IMG/VR virus record: IMGVR_UViG_3300048854_000124
Span: 1 to 44,789 of that record
DNA: 44,789 nt
From: a virus
Lineage: Duplodnaviria > Caudoviricetes
Strand: one strand, 5' to 3'
The notes below the pieces were generated by a model. That model saw only the letters and a list, made by a program, of their open reading frames with translations. It ran no database searches and was not told the DNA's origin. A program made the position numbers and the translations under genes. Shown piece by piece: positions 10,301 through 19,934 of the stretch; the stretch's first letter is position 1, and each line of letters starts with the position of its first letter.

Positions 10301-12457
10301 CTGCAGAACAACGGAATGGGCGGAAGCAGCACGCTGAACAACCTGCTGTCGAATCCGTACGGCACATACAACAACCTGTCCAACGGCTATAACACCGTGA
10401 TGGGGTGGATTCAGGGTTACGGTGGCGCATCCACCGCGCTCGGTGCGTCGGCGATCGCTGGTGCGGGCACGGGGGCGCTGTCGGGCGGCGGTGTCCTCCT
10501 AGGCGGGCTGGGTGGTGGGATCGGTGGAGACGTGGCAGCGGGCGCCGGCAGTTATGCGTCTGCGCTCGGCTCCAATGCGTATGGATTCACGGCGGGCGAG
10601 GCGGGCAGTGGCCTTGGTGGCACGCTTGGATCGTCTGGAGGACTGATGTACGGCGGCGCCGGCCTGCTGGGCGGTCTCGCGGGTGGCGCTCTCTTCGGGA
10701 ACAAGGGGTATTCGAACCTTGGTGGATCTCTCGGCGCGATGGGCGGTCTGGCAATCGGCGCGTCGTCGGCGGTGGGCGGCACGGCCATCGGTGCGTCGTT
10801 GGGGTCGCTAGCCGGGCCGATCGGCGCCGTTGTCGGGATGGTGCTGGGTTCGCTGGTCGGTTCGTTCATTGGTGGCGGTGAGACGCGCTATGGCGCTGAC
10901 TATACGATCGACAGCAACGACAACATCACCAAGGTGCGCGGCCCGTCTGGAGGAGATCCGGCTGCAACGGATGTTCAGGCTTCGATCAAAAACACGTATG
11001 ACTCGATCAAATCGCTGGCCTCGCAACTGGGCGGATCGATCGACGGGTTGGGGCAGTATTCCGCCACGTATGAAATCAGCCCGCAGAAAGGCAATTCGTT
11101 TGTGGCGGCCGGCTTCGGTGATCTGAACACCGACGTCAACCGTCAGGATCTGAATGGCGTCAAGGATTCGACGACGGTGCTGAACGACTTCAGCCTGCAG
11201 TTACAGCGCTCCGTTATCGACTCCCTGCAAAAGGCGAATCTGGACACGCCATATGCTGCTGTACTGCAGGGCGTCGACGCGTCGAAGCTGTCGGCCGGTG
11301 ACATTACGACGCTTTTGAGTGAGCTGAACTCGTTAAAGACGTTGTTCGATTCCATCCAGAAGATGGGCGACGACTTCAACAATCTCAAGAGCGCCTCGGT
11401 CGACGCGCAAACGGCGGTGCTGAATCTGGCCGGTGGCGTGGACTCCTTCGATACGAGCGCGACGTACTTCCATCAGCATTTCACGTCGGCAGCCCAGCAG
11501 GCCGACGACGCATCGAAGTCGGTGACGGATCAACTGGTCGCGCTCGGCTATAGCGGCGTTCACACGCGGGACCAGTTCCGGGATCTTGTCGAGTCGCTCG
11601 ACCTGTCGACGGCAGCGGGGCAGCAGGCCTATGTCTCGCTGCTTGCGCTGGCGCCCGCTTTCGACAATGTCGTCAGTTCATACGAGTCCGCGGTGGCCTC
11701 TGCGTACAGCAACCAGTCGCAGGCGTTGCAGTCGTTCAGGGATCAGGTCAACCAGTTTCGCCAGTCACTCACTACCGGCGATCTGTCGGGCGCGTCACCG
11801 GAGCAGCAATACGCAGAGACCCGCCAGCGCTTCGAGGATCTGTACGGCAAGGCGATTGGCGGGGACGCCACCGCGCAGGCCGGCCTCACGGCGGCCGCGC
11901 AGGATTTCCTCAACGCATCGAAGGCATATAACGCGAGTTCGGGTCAGTATCAATCCGACCTTGCGGAAGTCATGCAGTCGATGGACTACGCGAGCTCGTC
12001 GGCGGATGCGCAGCTCGATCAGATGAAAGAGATGGTGAAGGGCATCGTCGACGTGAATTCGTCGGTGCAAACGGTCGCCGAAGCGATCTCGAGTCTGCAG
12101 GCATGGACGTCGGTCAACGGCTCGCATGCGTCCGGTCTGTACCGTGTGCCGTTCGACGGTTATATCGCCGAGCTGCATGCGGGCGAACGGGTGCTCACGG
12201 CAAGCGAGGCTCGTTCGCTCGATGCGGCTGGGCAGGGAATGCTGTCGGTGGATCTGAGCCGGTACCAGTCGAACAGCAGCGATTCGTTGCTGCAGGAAAT
12301 CAAGGCGCTGCGTGCCGAGGTTGCGCAGCTTCGTACTGATCGTCGGCAGGCCGATGCGGGGCATGCGACGCAGCGCGCGGAGCTGGCGGCGGAACAATTC
12401 TCGCGCCTTGATGAGCAAACCAACTTGATGCGCAACCGGGCGCGGCCGGGGAAATAA
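7340..12457 (+). CDS. Tape measure protein
   Basis: About 1700 aa, Ala/Gln-rich helical protein; lambda TMP motif (DPVKASVALNDQYHYLT), a Gly-rich hydrophobic block and C-terminal ELHAGERVL. Confidence 0.93.
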   Translation: MGASAGAINVTLTLDSTQYLAELTESQNRTVTTAAQIGAALSAGSFGAKDLAAAMQAASASGAGLASSTTLMADAEAQAAARIRDMVARSLEAQQAMVQLSSASQGAASSTNAMGASADQVRANVAAQTQSMIDAQRATVAMNDEMQALRSTLAQGGSSFATIGDQYARLDRAMATGRLSMQEYDAALAAIGKDEDARSKSLAALTAKYDPLGAATRKLEADQALLEDAFRSGAVSAADYERALNGIKADQASIGLRQLAQQEAQLEASFRSGALASADFKRAMADIATSRQALTSVATGAQAAGAAVEGFGLKTAGARREVIVLAHEAATGSWSNFGGSLMVLAERMDLMEVATSGAGLAVAAIAAPILLAGAAMYKVSGQNAAMNEALVLTGDNAGVTTEELRGMAQAATAGGATFDTAAQAVTALAATGRLTGQEIADLGRTTADAATYTSISVKQMVDDFTRLAEDPVKASVALNDQYHYLTASTYDQIAALDKQGDATGAAQIAVEAFSKAMDERTGEIARNEGIILAGWRDIKSMINGAIEAVGSFGATAGPAEVVARMLANKQARNPLGTWDADDEADLLKAIAARDAAVKAARDKASQSEQQQQLIDAKRWYATWNDQFATPAEKRVKAVNDYLDKTAALNLSPEQQLADEQKINDKDKDRTGRKGGTGLVDRAELTGEVQAVKDALAQELSAVDSARKVLDAQYKGGALSITDYYTLDRNLLAQAATDHIDAANKEAALIAQGMNNRNLSAVQRAQLANQERKALADGGKAVEDFFQKVAQSAAQEDEVWDKYGKSQLDAMQNQIDSANQQGQSLRDQIDTFGMTKSAIDDLRASRADDTVAALEQGRAIALLQGNLADTKSWDEAIAKAKSLSTALHGVASDQATLDNLAQAKKQQDDLIKSWQSTIDGIGTDFHNGFLQMLTDGKNGWSSFTKSLKNTFETTVVDELYKSFAKPFVVSVIAQIAGIAGGSGVQNSILQNNGMGGSSTLNNLLSNPYGTYNNLSNGYNTVMGWIQGYGGASTALGASAIAGAGTGALSGGGVLLGGLGGGIGGDVAAGAGSYASALGSNAYGFTAGEAGSGLGGTLGSSGGLMYGGAGLLGGLAGGALFGNKGYSNLGGSLGAMGGLAIGASSAVGGTAIGASLGSLAGPIGAVVGMVLGSLVGSFIGGGETRYGADYTIDSNDNITKVRGPSGGDPAATDVQASIKNTYDSIKSLASQLGGSIDGLGQYSATYEISPQKGNSFVAAGFGDLNTDVNRQDLNGVKDSTTVLNDFSLQLQRSVIDSLQKANLDTPYAAVLQGVDASKLSAGDITTLLSELNSLKTLFDSIQKMGDDFNNLKSASVDAQTAVLNLAGGVDSFDTSATYFHQHFTSAAQQADDASKSVTDQLVALGYSGVHTRDQFRDLVESLDLSTAAGQQAYVSLLALAPAFDNVVSSYESAVASAYSNQSQALQSFRDQVNQFRQSLTTGDLSGASPEQQYAETRQRFEDLYGKAIGGDATAQAGLTAAAQDFLNASKAYNASSGQYQSDLAEVMQSMDYASSSADAQLDQMKEMVKGIVDVNSSVQTVAEAISSLQAWTSVNGSHASGLYRVPFDGYIAELHAGERVLTASEARSLDAAGQGMLSVDLSRYQSNSSDSLLQEIKALRAEVAQLRTDRRQADAGHATQRAELAAEQFSRLDEQTNLMRNRARPGK

Positions 12458-12459
12458 TC

Positions 12460-13941
12460 ATGTTCATTGCAATGGAGGTGGAGGCGTATCACCTTGCCGA
12501 CGGCCGGGTTGATACGCTTCGTTTTGCCGAGACCGGCTTTGTCACGAAGCCGTCCGATACCCCGTCGAATGCGTGGTTCGAACCGGTCATCAAGACGGCA
12601 CCGTCGCTGGGGCGCGTGCTGTTTGATCAGGCCGGCACGTACGGCGCCACGAAGGTCACGATAGGTAATGTGTTGCTGGTCAATCAGGATGGGTCGCTGG
12701 ACTACCTGCTGACGGACTATGCGTTTGACGGTCGCCGTTTCACGGTCAGGATCGGCGATCCGACAACGCCCTTCTCGGAATGGCTGGTGGTGATGACCGG
12801 CACGATGTCGGACGTAAGCGCTGTGGACGGTGCGGTCCAGCTTACGATGCAGGACCGCCTCGCCGATCTCACGCTAACAGACTGGCCGACCTATGCGGGT
12901 AATAACGTGGCGCCGAATGGCCTCGAGGGGACAGCGGACGATCTGAAAGCCCAGCCAAAGCCACGGGTGTACGGCGCGGTGCTCAATGTGACGCCGAAGG
13001 CCGTCAACACGTCGAAGCTGATCTATCAGGTAAGTGATCAGGCGTGCACAGTAACGGCGGCATACGACAACGGCGCACCGCTCACACGAGGCGCTGACTA
13101 CGCCAGCACCGACCAGATGCAATCAACCGCGCCGGCAGTGGGTCAGTTCCGATGCTTTTCCGGCTATCTGCGCCTCGGCAGTTCGCCGGCGGGCGCGGTC
13201 ACCTGTGACGCAGCCGGCCTGGTCACGCGTGCGGCCGATCTGCTTGTGGCAATCGCGCTTGATGCGGGTGTGCCGGCGGCCGACATCGTGCGGGCGGACG
13301 TCGACGCGTTAAACGGGCTCGCTCCATCGCCAGTCGGTGTGTGGGTCGATTCGACGGAAACTCCGCAATCGCTGATGGATACCGTCGCTGGGTCCGTCGG
13401 CGCGTGGTACGGCTTCGACCGGCTGAGCCGCCTTCGCATGGGGCGCGTTGATGCTCCGGCGGGCAGCCCAACGGCCGTATGGGGGCAGGACGTGCAGGAG
13501 ACGGCGTTGCCATCGAGCGCAGGCGTGCCGGCGTGGAGTATCACGATCAGCTACGCGCGTAACTACACGGTCGAGTCCAACGTTGCAGGCGTGGCCGGCG
13601 TCGACCGTGCGGCCTGGCTGGCGCAGGAATACCGGACGGCTGTGGCGACTGACAACTCGGTCAAGGTGGCATGGCCCCATGCGCAGGCGCTAACGTTTGA
13701 GACGGGGCTGATCAACACGGCGGACGCGCAGGCCGAAGCGCAGCGGCGGCTTGACCTCTACAGGGTACGTCGCATGACGATTGACGTCGACATTCCGGTC
13801 AGCGAACTCGAGACGAGTGACCTGGGCGATGTGGTCCGGCTCGATACGCCTCGATATAGCCTCGCCGCGCGGCTACTTCGGATCATCGGCATCAACAGTG
13901 GCTTTACGAGTGGCAAGGCTGCACTCGTCGTATGGGGGTAA
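12460..13941 (+). CDS. Tail tip / hub protein
   Basis: 493 aa after the tape measure; KPRVYGAVLNVTP motif. Confidence 0.65.
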   Translation: MFIAMEVEAYHLADGRVDTLRFAETGFVTKPSDTPSNAWFEPVIKTAPSLGRVLFDQAGTYGATKVTIGNVLLVNQDGSLDYLLTDYAFDGRRFTVRIGDPTTPFSEWLVVMTGTMSDVSAVDGAVQLTMQDRLADLTLTDWPTYAGNNVAPNGLEGTADDLKAQPKPRVYGAVLNVTPKAVNTSKLIYQVSDQACTVTAAYDNGAPLTRGADYASTDQMQSTAPAVGQFRCFSGYLRLGSSPAGAVTCDAAGLVTRAADLLVAIALDAGVPAADIVRADVDALNGLAPSPVGVWVDSTETPQSLMDTVAGSVGAWYGFDRLSRLRMGRVDAPAGSPTAVWGQDVQETALPSSAGVPAWSITISYARNYTVESNVAGVAGVDRAAWLAQEYRTAVATDNSVKVAWPHAQALTFETGLINTADAQAEAQRRLDLYRVRRMTIDVDIPVSELETSDLGDVVRLDTPRYSLAARLLRIIGINSGFTSGKAALVVWG

Positions 13942-13944
13942 TGC

Positions 13945-14865
13945 ATGGCAAACATTCTTCTGGGCTTTCCGAACCGGACGGACCAGGCGGTGTTATCGGG
14001 CGGTAACTGGCAGACGCCGCTGACCAACCTGCAGGACCGCAGACTTTCGCGCGTCGCACGTTCGGCGTCGACCGACAAGGCGGCCACGCAATTCGACGTC
14101 GATCTGGGCGTGCAGCGCAAGGTGTCGCTCTTTGCGATCGTGCGGCACAACCTCGGATTGAATGCGCGTTACCGCGTTCGTGTGTCGCAGGATGCCGCAT
14201 TCCAGAACGTAATCTACGACGCTGCGGTGCTGCCCGCCCAGCCATCGGTATCGGCGAACTTCCAGCTGCAGCAGTACTCGGTACAGGGACGGGTGTGGCC
14301 GGAGGCGTGGCCCCGTCTATTCAACACCGCGTCGCTGGACTGGGAGGATCCGAACTGGTGGGACGGCCGGTTGCCGGAAGAGGATCGCGTCGGCTATCCG
14401 GGCCTCGTGATGTGCGTGCTGGATGAGCCAGTGTTTGGCCGCTATGTCCGCGTCGAATTTCAGGACGAGCAAAACGTCGATGGCTACATCGAACTCGGGC
14501 GCCTGTTCATCTCGCAGGCGTGGTCGCCGAAAAACAACGCGACGTATGGCGCCGGGATCGGATGGGAGTTCGATACGACGATGGATCGCGCCATTGACGG
14601 GACAGCCTACTTCGATCGCAAGACAGGGCGACGGGTGCAGACGTTGGGGCTCGACTGGCTGTCACGCGACGAGGCTTTCGGGAATGTTTTCGAATTCCAA
14701 CGGGCCGCCGGTATCGATCAGGAAATGCTTTTCGTCTGGGACCGCGATGACGCGGTCAACCTGATCCGGCGATCGTTTCTCGGTCGCATGCGCAAGATCA
14801 ACCCGCTGCTGCTGCCGTTTCTGGACACCTACACGAACGCATTCGAAATCGAGGAAATTACATGA
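13945..14865 (+). CDS. Minor tail (distal tail-like) protein
   Basis: 306 aa; GYIELGRLF motif; inside the tail operon. Confidence 0.6.
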   Translation: MANILLGFPNRTDQAVLSGGNWQTPLTNLQDRRLSRVARSASTDKAATQFDVDLGVQRKVSLFAIVRHNLGLNARYRVRVSQDAAFQNVIYDAAVLPAQPSVSANFQLQQYSVQGRVWPEAWPRLFNTASLDWEDPNWWDGRLPEEDRVGYPGLVMCVLDEPVFGRYVRVEFQDEQNVDGYIELGRLFISQAWSPKNNATYGAGIGWEFDTTMDRAIDGTAYFDRKTGRRVQTLGLDWLSRDEAFGNVFEFQRAAGIDQEMLFVWDRDDAVNLIRRSFLGRMRKINPLLLPFLDTYTNAFEIEEIT

Positions 14866-15737
14866 GCAAAGTGACTTTTCCGCTCACCGGCCATTCGTAT
14901 TCGGACGATGGGAGCAGCGATCACGACATGCTGAACGGAGGGCATGCTGAAAACCTTCTGCCGATGATCGGGGAAACGATCGCCACAGCGCAGTCAGCTA
15001 TCGATGCCGCGACCTCCGCCGCGCAATCGAAACAGTCGACAGCCGCCGACGCGCAGAGCTCGAGCCAGAATGCCGCTGCAGCCAACACTGCGAAAGCGGA
15101 CGCGCAGCAAGCCGCGACGCAGGCGAAGAACTGGGCGGCGACAGTCAACGTTCCGGTGCTGACTGGCAAGGCGGGATACGCACTTTTCGCTAATGATGCC
15201 GAAACCGGCATGGTGTGGCGCCGTTCAGCGCGCAGCGGTGGCGGTGCAAACCAGAACGATTCGCAGGTGTTCTTCGGGCAGGACCGCACGGTCGCCACGC
15301 GCATTCGTGTGACGCTGAATACGTCCGATCTCGGTCTCATCGTGACGGACACAGACCTGGCCGCCGTCGCGACGACATTGCAGAGCGCTATCAATACCAA
15401 GGCCGATGCGACTGCAACGGCCAACGCGCTGGGCACCAAGGCGAACCAGAGCGATCTGAACAACACCAACACGGCGGTCGCGACCAAGGCCAGTCAGGAT
15501 TCTCTGAACGTCACTAACAACACGGTGGCACAGAAGGCGGACTCAGGCTGGGTTGTCGCCAACTTCGCGAACCGGTCGCTGATGGACTATGGCGGTGTTG
15601 GGTCATACACGATCTATGTCCAGCCCCAGAACATCGGCGACGTGGTCAGTCTGTCCGGCCTGAGTGGCAGCTGGCGATGCATGAGTGCAGGGACAGGCGG
15701 CGCCGGCAACGATCACCTGTATTGCCGGATCGCGTAA
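14862..15737 (+). CDS. Short tail fibre protein
   Basis: Ala/Thr-rich repeats (TKAD, TKAN, TKAS, QKAD) and a C-terminal GSWRCM tip; followed by a Tfa-like chaperone. Confidence 0.7.
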   Translation: MSKVTFPLTGHSYSDDGSSDHDMLNGGHAENLLPMIGETIATAQSAIDAATSAAQSKQSTAADAQSSSQNAAAANTAKADAQQAATQAKNWAATVNVPVLTGKAGYALFANDAETGMVWRRSARSGGGANQNDSQVFFGQDRTVATRIRVTLNTSDLGLIVTDTDLAAVATTLQSAINTKADATATANALGTKANQSDLNNTNTAVATKASQDSLNVTNNTVAQKADSGWVVANFANRSLMDYGGVGSYTIYVQPQNIGDVVSLSGLSGSWRCMSAGTGGAGNDHLYCRIA

Positions 15738-15764
15738 CTGTCGTGACTTTCAATGGAAGTGACC

Positions 15765-16211
15765 ATGAAATATTCGGAAGTGAAAGACCTGCGGTGGGCC
15801 GATGAGGCGAAGTCAATGGTGCTGTGTACGGTGAGCTTTGAGGATTTGCCAGCGCCCGTGCCTTTCACGGCATCGCCTGATGATGTCGAGGCGCACGGCG
15901 TCGAGATTTTCCAGCGCTGCACGGCCGGTGATTTCGGGGCGATTGGGGACTATGTGCCGCTGGGGACTGCCCAACTCGCGGCGAAGGCGAAAGCGCGGCG
16001 CGATGAACTGATAGCGGAGGCTACACGGCGCATCGCTCCGTTGCAGTATGCCGTCGACGAAGCGATCGCAACGGATGCGGAGTCGGCATTACTGAGCGGC
16101 TGGAAGGTGTACTCGGTCGCGTTGAACCGGATCGAGTCGCAGGCCGGCTTCCCTCAGACGGTCGTCTGGCCGGATCCGCCCGACGCTCAACCTTCAGCAT
16201 CGCAAACCTGA
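15765..16211 (+). CDS. Tail fibre assembly chaperone (Tfa-like)
   Basis: PFTASPDD, IAPLQYAVD, WKVYSVALNRI and WPDPP motifs. Confidence 0.85.
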   Translation: MKYSEVKDLRWADEAKSMVLCTVSFEDLPAPVPFTASPDDVEAHGVEIFQRCTAGDFGAIGDYVPLGTAQLAAKAKARRDELIAEATRRIAPLQYAVDEAIATDAESALLSGWKVYSVALNRIESQAGFPQTVVWPDPPDAQPSASQT

Positions 16212-16233
16212 CCCGCCCTGCGCGGGTTTTTTT
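16211..16233 (+). terminator. Rho-independent terminator
   Basis: ACCCGC-CCTGC-GCGGGT followed by a T run. Confidence 0.7.
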
Positions 16234-16255
16234 ATGGGCGGCTCCAGGACAATCA

Positions 16256-16972
16256 ATGTCAGATCCCACGTTCAGCGACCTTGTCGCTTTCTCACGCGCG
16301 AGTACCGCGTGGCGTACGAATCCCGGCGGGCAGTCGGAACAGGTGGCAGTCAATGCGCCGCGTTTCGACTATGACCCGACGACGAAAGCACCGCGCGGTC
16401 TTCTCATCCAGTCCGCCGGTACTAATCCGGACGGGTCGGCACGCGCGCCCGACGACACCAAAGTGACTTTGAACCCGGACTGGTTTAACCCGACGCAGGG
16501 AGTCTGGTTTGTTGTCTTTGAGTATCCCGGCGACGGCCAGCACACGGTGCTCGAGGTGAATGCGAGTGGTGCGCTGTTCGGCATCGAGGTTGTCGACGGA
16601 AACGTGTTCGCGTACTTCGGCACTTCCCGGTTCGCACTCGACACGGCGTTGCCAGATGTTGTCACGCAGATCGTGCTCGGCTACGGGCAGGACGGCGTAA
16701 GGGCATCGCGCAACGGCGCGGTGGTCGAGATGTCGGCTGCACGGGTGCAGCGCGTCACGGACGTGCGGCTCGGCGAGTCGACCACGACGGTGCAGCAACT
16801 GGATAGCAGGATGCTGTCAGTGGGCTACGTCGGCACGGCGGCCAGCGCAACGGAGCTCGCGGCGTACGCAACACCGGACGAGTGGTCCGATATCACGAGC
16901 TATATCGCGGAAAACTTCGGCGACATCTTTGTCGCACTGGCCGCCGAACTCAACACGGCAATCAACACCTAA
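16256..16972 (+). CDS. Tail/head-spike-associated protein with a beta-sandwich (LamG-like) domain
   Basis: N-terminal FSRASTA...PRFDYDP...GLLI motif typical of phage spike/fibre modules. Confidence 0.6.
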   Translation: MSDPTFSDLVAFSRASTAWRTNPGGQSEQVAVNAPRFDYDPTTKAPRGLLIQSAGTNPDGSARAPDDTKVTLNPDWFNPTQGVWFVVFEYPGDGQHTVLEVNASGALFGIEVVDGNVFAYFGTSRFALDTALPDVVTQIVLGYGQDGVRASRNGAVVEMSAARVQRVTDVRLGESTTTVQQLDSRMLSVGYVGTAASATELAAYATPDEWSDITSYIAENFGDIFVALAAELNTAINT

Positions 16973-16982
16973 CGGGGGTTCA

Positions 16983-19058
16983 ATGAGCGTTATTGATAAT
17001 CTGAAAGATGCTGTTTCCGGCATCGTGGACAACTGGCCGACGATCCGTCAGTTCGTAAATGGTGGGGCGACCGATACCGTCGACACCGATGCGGGTGCGC
17101 TGCCTGTGATGGCAAAAGTCGTCGGCGACGCGCAAGGGATGTTCGAGCAGGCGAAGACTGATCTGATCGCGCAAAAAGGTGCCGAGATCGATCAGGCGGC
17201 GGATGGCGTGCTGTCTCAGACGCAGGCCGTCGCAGAAACGGTGCAGGCGACCGCACAGGCCGTCGATCAGCAGAGCGTTAATGTTCAGGGCTTCGCTAGT
17301 GTGGCTCAGGCTGCGCGCGATGCGGCCTTGATTCAGGGGGGCGTGTACGTCGACGAACCGACCGGACGCGCTGCGGTAGCCAACGGTGTCGCGTTCAAGG
17401 TGCAGGGAGACGGCATCAACGTCGCGGCATATGAGTATCGACGCACAAGCAGCACAGCCTCGACGCTGATAGCAATCTATCCGACTGCTCGGGCAGCGCT
17501 TACAGCCGGCGGGCTGATCGACAACTCATACGACGATGATGGTGTGCACATCAATCCGATCCGGGACAGCGCTCGCCGGCTCTTGCGATGGTTTGACTAC
17601 ACGGGCGCACGTCGGGGCAAGCTCGCTATCAATCAGGTTGTGAAGAACGGGTTAGCCGTCGCGTACAACCCGGTGACCGGCAACACCGATATCAGCTTCG
17701 GATTAGTCGAGGGAAATACCCCGATCGGCGGTCGCGGTGGCGTCGTTTCTACCTATGACGACGATGGCACGAACGCCATGCTGATCGTTGCACCCGATGC
17801 GAATGGCCGGAAGCGCATCCTGATGAGCGTGCCGAAGGCGGGCTTTGGGGGCGGCGGTGGGACGCCGACCGAAGTGATAGCCGCACGCGGCACGCAGCCG
17901 GATCTCAACGGGCGCCTGAGCGTGGGTCTGAACCCGTATGGTGCTCTCAGACAGGCGGTGTACGGCGCGTGGTTTCTGCGCGAGACGCGGCAGCGTCTGC
18001 GGGCGCTTCTCGATGGCGACAACATCGTGTACGTGCTTGGCTTGCCGGGCGATAGCTGGACCGATGGCAACGGCCTGCCGACCAACGGCATCACATCGCG
18101 TGAGTACTACTACACGCGGCGGCTCGTGATGGCACTGCAGGCGCAATACGGCAATGCTGGTGCTGGCTGGTGTTGCCTGAAGAATCCAACCGGCACAGTG
18201 ACGGTCGGCGGCTCCTCGAACCCAAACAGCATCTATCAGTCGGGCACTGGTAGCTGGGTCACGAACACCAACAACAGGCCGGGCGCAAGCATCTGCTCGG
18301 TTCAGAGCAGTACGCCCGGCGACCGCATCACGGTCAACTGCACGCTTACGAAAACCGGATCGGTAGCGTTGCACGCCGCGACCTCTCCGGGTGTCCTGCA
18401 ATACCGCTTCAATGGGGGCGCGTGGACACAGGTCGATCTAAGCAGCGGCGCGGGGTTACATGTGATCGCGCTTGCTGGCTTTCCTACAACAGCAGTATGG
18501 ACGCTCGATATCGAGCCCGTCTCCGGCACGATCGAGCTATATGGCGTCGATCACCGCACGGGCACATCGGGCATTGTCGTGCACGGCCTTGGCGCGGGTG
18601 GCAGCAACGCATTCCATTGGGGCAACGTCGACCAGGCGCAATTGCAGGCCGCGTGGGCCGCGCTCGGCATCAATGCCTACCAGATCATGCTCGGCACCAA
18701 TGACCAGCTTTCCTACACGGTGAATGGTCACATTTCGAGCATGCAGACGGTGATCAACAGCATGCGCATCGCTACGCCCACGGCAGATATTGTGCTGGCC
18801 ACTTCTCCGGAGAATTCGGATACGACGCCGCCACGGCCATCGCAACCTATGGCGCTCTTCCAGGAGGCGGACCTCGAGCTCGCCATCGTGAACCACTGCG
18901 CGCACATGAATATGCAGTACTACTTCGGCGACGACGTCAGCCAGTACGGCTATGGCACGCCGCGCGGATGGCTTAACTCATCGCTGATCCATCCGAGCCA
19001 GACCGGGCAGCGCGTGATCGAGGAAGCGTGCTGGCGTCTGTACACCCAATCCATCTGA
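16983..19058 (+). CDS. Tail spike / receptor-binding protein with SGNH hydrolase (esterase) domain
   Basis: N-terminal virion-attachment-like region, then SGNH blocks GDSW, GLGAGG, LGTND and IHP. Confidence 0.75.
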   Translation: MSVIDNLKDAVSGIVDNWPTIRQFVNGGATDTVDTDAGALPVMAKVVGDAQGMFEQAKTDLIAQKGAEIDQAADGVLSQTQAVAETVQATAQAVDQQSVNVQGFASVAQAARDAALIQGGVYVDEPTGRAAVANGVAFKVQGDGINVAAYEYRRTSSTASTLIAIYPTARAALTAGGLIDNSYDDDGVHINPIRDSARRLLRWFDYTGARRGKLAINQVVKNGLAVAYNPVTGNTDISFGLVEGNTPIGGRGGVVSTYDDDGTNAMLIVAPDANGRKRILMSVPKAGFGGGGGTPTEVIAARGTQPDLNGRLSVGLNPYGALRQAVYGAWFLRETRQRLRALLDGDNIVYVLGLPGDSWTDGNGLPTNGITSREYYYTRRLVMALQAQYGNAGAGWCCLKNPTGTVTVGGSSNPNSIYQSGTGSWVTNTNNRPGASICSVQSSTPGDRITVNCTLTKTGSVALHAATSPGVLQYRFNGGAWTQVDLSSGAGLHVIALAGFPTTAVWTLDIEPVSGTIELYGVDHRTGTSGIVVHGLGAGGSNAFHWGNVDQAQLQAAWAALGINAYQIMLGTNDQLSYTVNGHISSMQTVINSMRIATPTADIVLATSPENSDTTPPRPSQPMALFQEADLELAIVNHCAHMNMQYYFGDDVSQYGYGTPRGWLNSSLIHPSQTGQRVIEEACWRLYTQSI

Positions 19059-19070
19059 AGGAGCTTTGCA

Positions 19071-19934
19071 ATGGAAGTTTTTGTGCTTTCGCAGACCGTG
19101 ACGGACGACAGTTTGCCGATCCTGTATCGCGACCCTTTGCTGTTCGGTGCCAACGGCGGTGTCAAGCTGCTTGTTGATCTCGCCTCGACGTACGCCTGGT
19201 CGAAGCAAGCCGCACCGATCAATGGCGACGCGATCCTGAATCTGGATGAGTCGGGCAATAACGGGAGCGTGGTGATTGGCGCCAATGGTGCGCCGGCATA
19301 CGCGGGGCGCGGCTTCGATTTCACATCGGTCACCGGCGTGGGCGAATATATTCAGGGAGATGGTGGATTTGCTGAATCGCTCGCGGCGAACGGCCAGCAG
19401 TACTATCTGATCACGGCCTACCTAAAATTGCCCGCCCAGGTTGATTGGCCAACGACAGGTGGTCTCGGCGTGCTTTCGTTCAGCCAGTCCAGCGGCCGTT
19501 ACAGTACTGTTCCCGACTTAGTTGAAGTGACGCCGTTCGGACAGCAGGGCGGAAACCGCTTTCTTATCGCGCGTCGACAGACGGCGATTGGTGCGGCGGA
19601 GCAGATGAATATTGCGGTCGACGCGACCGACTATGGATCGTTCGCTCAGATTGCGGTGTGGCGTAACGCGGTGGGACAGGGGTTCCGGATAAAAACGGCG
19701 AGTCGGACGGTAAAGGCCGGTTCTCCACCGGCCACGGGAGCTTCCAACACAGCGTCCTTGACAGGGCTGAAAGCGCGTTTCGGCATCCCGCCGAACGCTA
19801 GCCTCACCGGAACGAATAACAAGTTCCGAATCTATCGTCTCGCACTTGAGGATCTGTTCGTATCGGGCCGCGACCCTGAAACGGTACTTGACGCAGACTG
19901 GGCTAGGACAATAGCGCGTGGTGTCTTCAGTTAG
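19071..19934 (+). CDS. Hypothetical tail-spike-associated protein
   Basis: 287 aa; AAGGAG RBS; same strand, directly after the SGNH spike. Confidence 0.55.
   Translation: MEVFVLSQTVTDDSLPILYRDPLLFGANGGVKLLVDLASTYAWSKQAAPINGDAILNLDESGNNGSVVIGANGAPAYAGRGFDFTSVTGVGEYIQGDGGFAESLAANGQQYYLITAYLKLPAQVDWPTTGGLGVLSFSQSSGRYSTVPDLVEVTPFGQQGGNRFLIARRQTAIGAAEQMNIAVDATDYGSFAQIAVWRNAVGQGFRIKTASRTVKAGSPPATGASNTASLTGLKARFGIPPNASLTGTNNKFRIYRLALEDLFVSGRDPETVLDADWARTIARGVFS

Noticed and set aside
10400-10880. Gly-rich low-complexity block as a separate element
   Set aside because: It is in frame within the tape measure protein, where such hydrophobic Gly-rich segments are common.
14862-19934. Diversity-generating retroelement or invertible tail-fibre cassette
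   Set aside because: No reverse transcriptase, TR/VR pair, invertase or flanking inverted repeats were seen.
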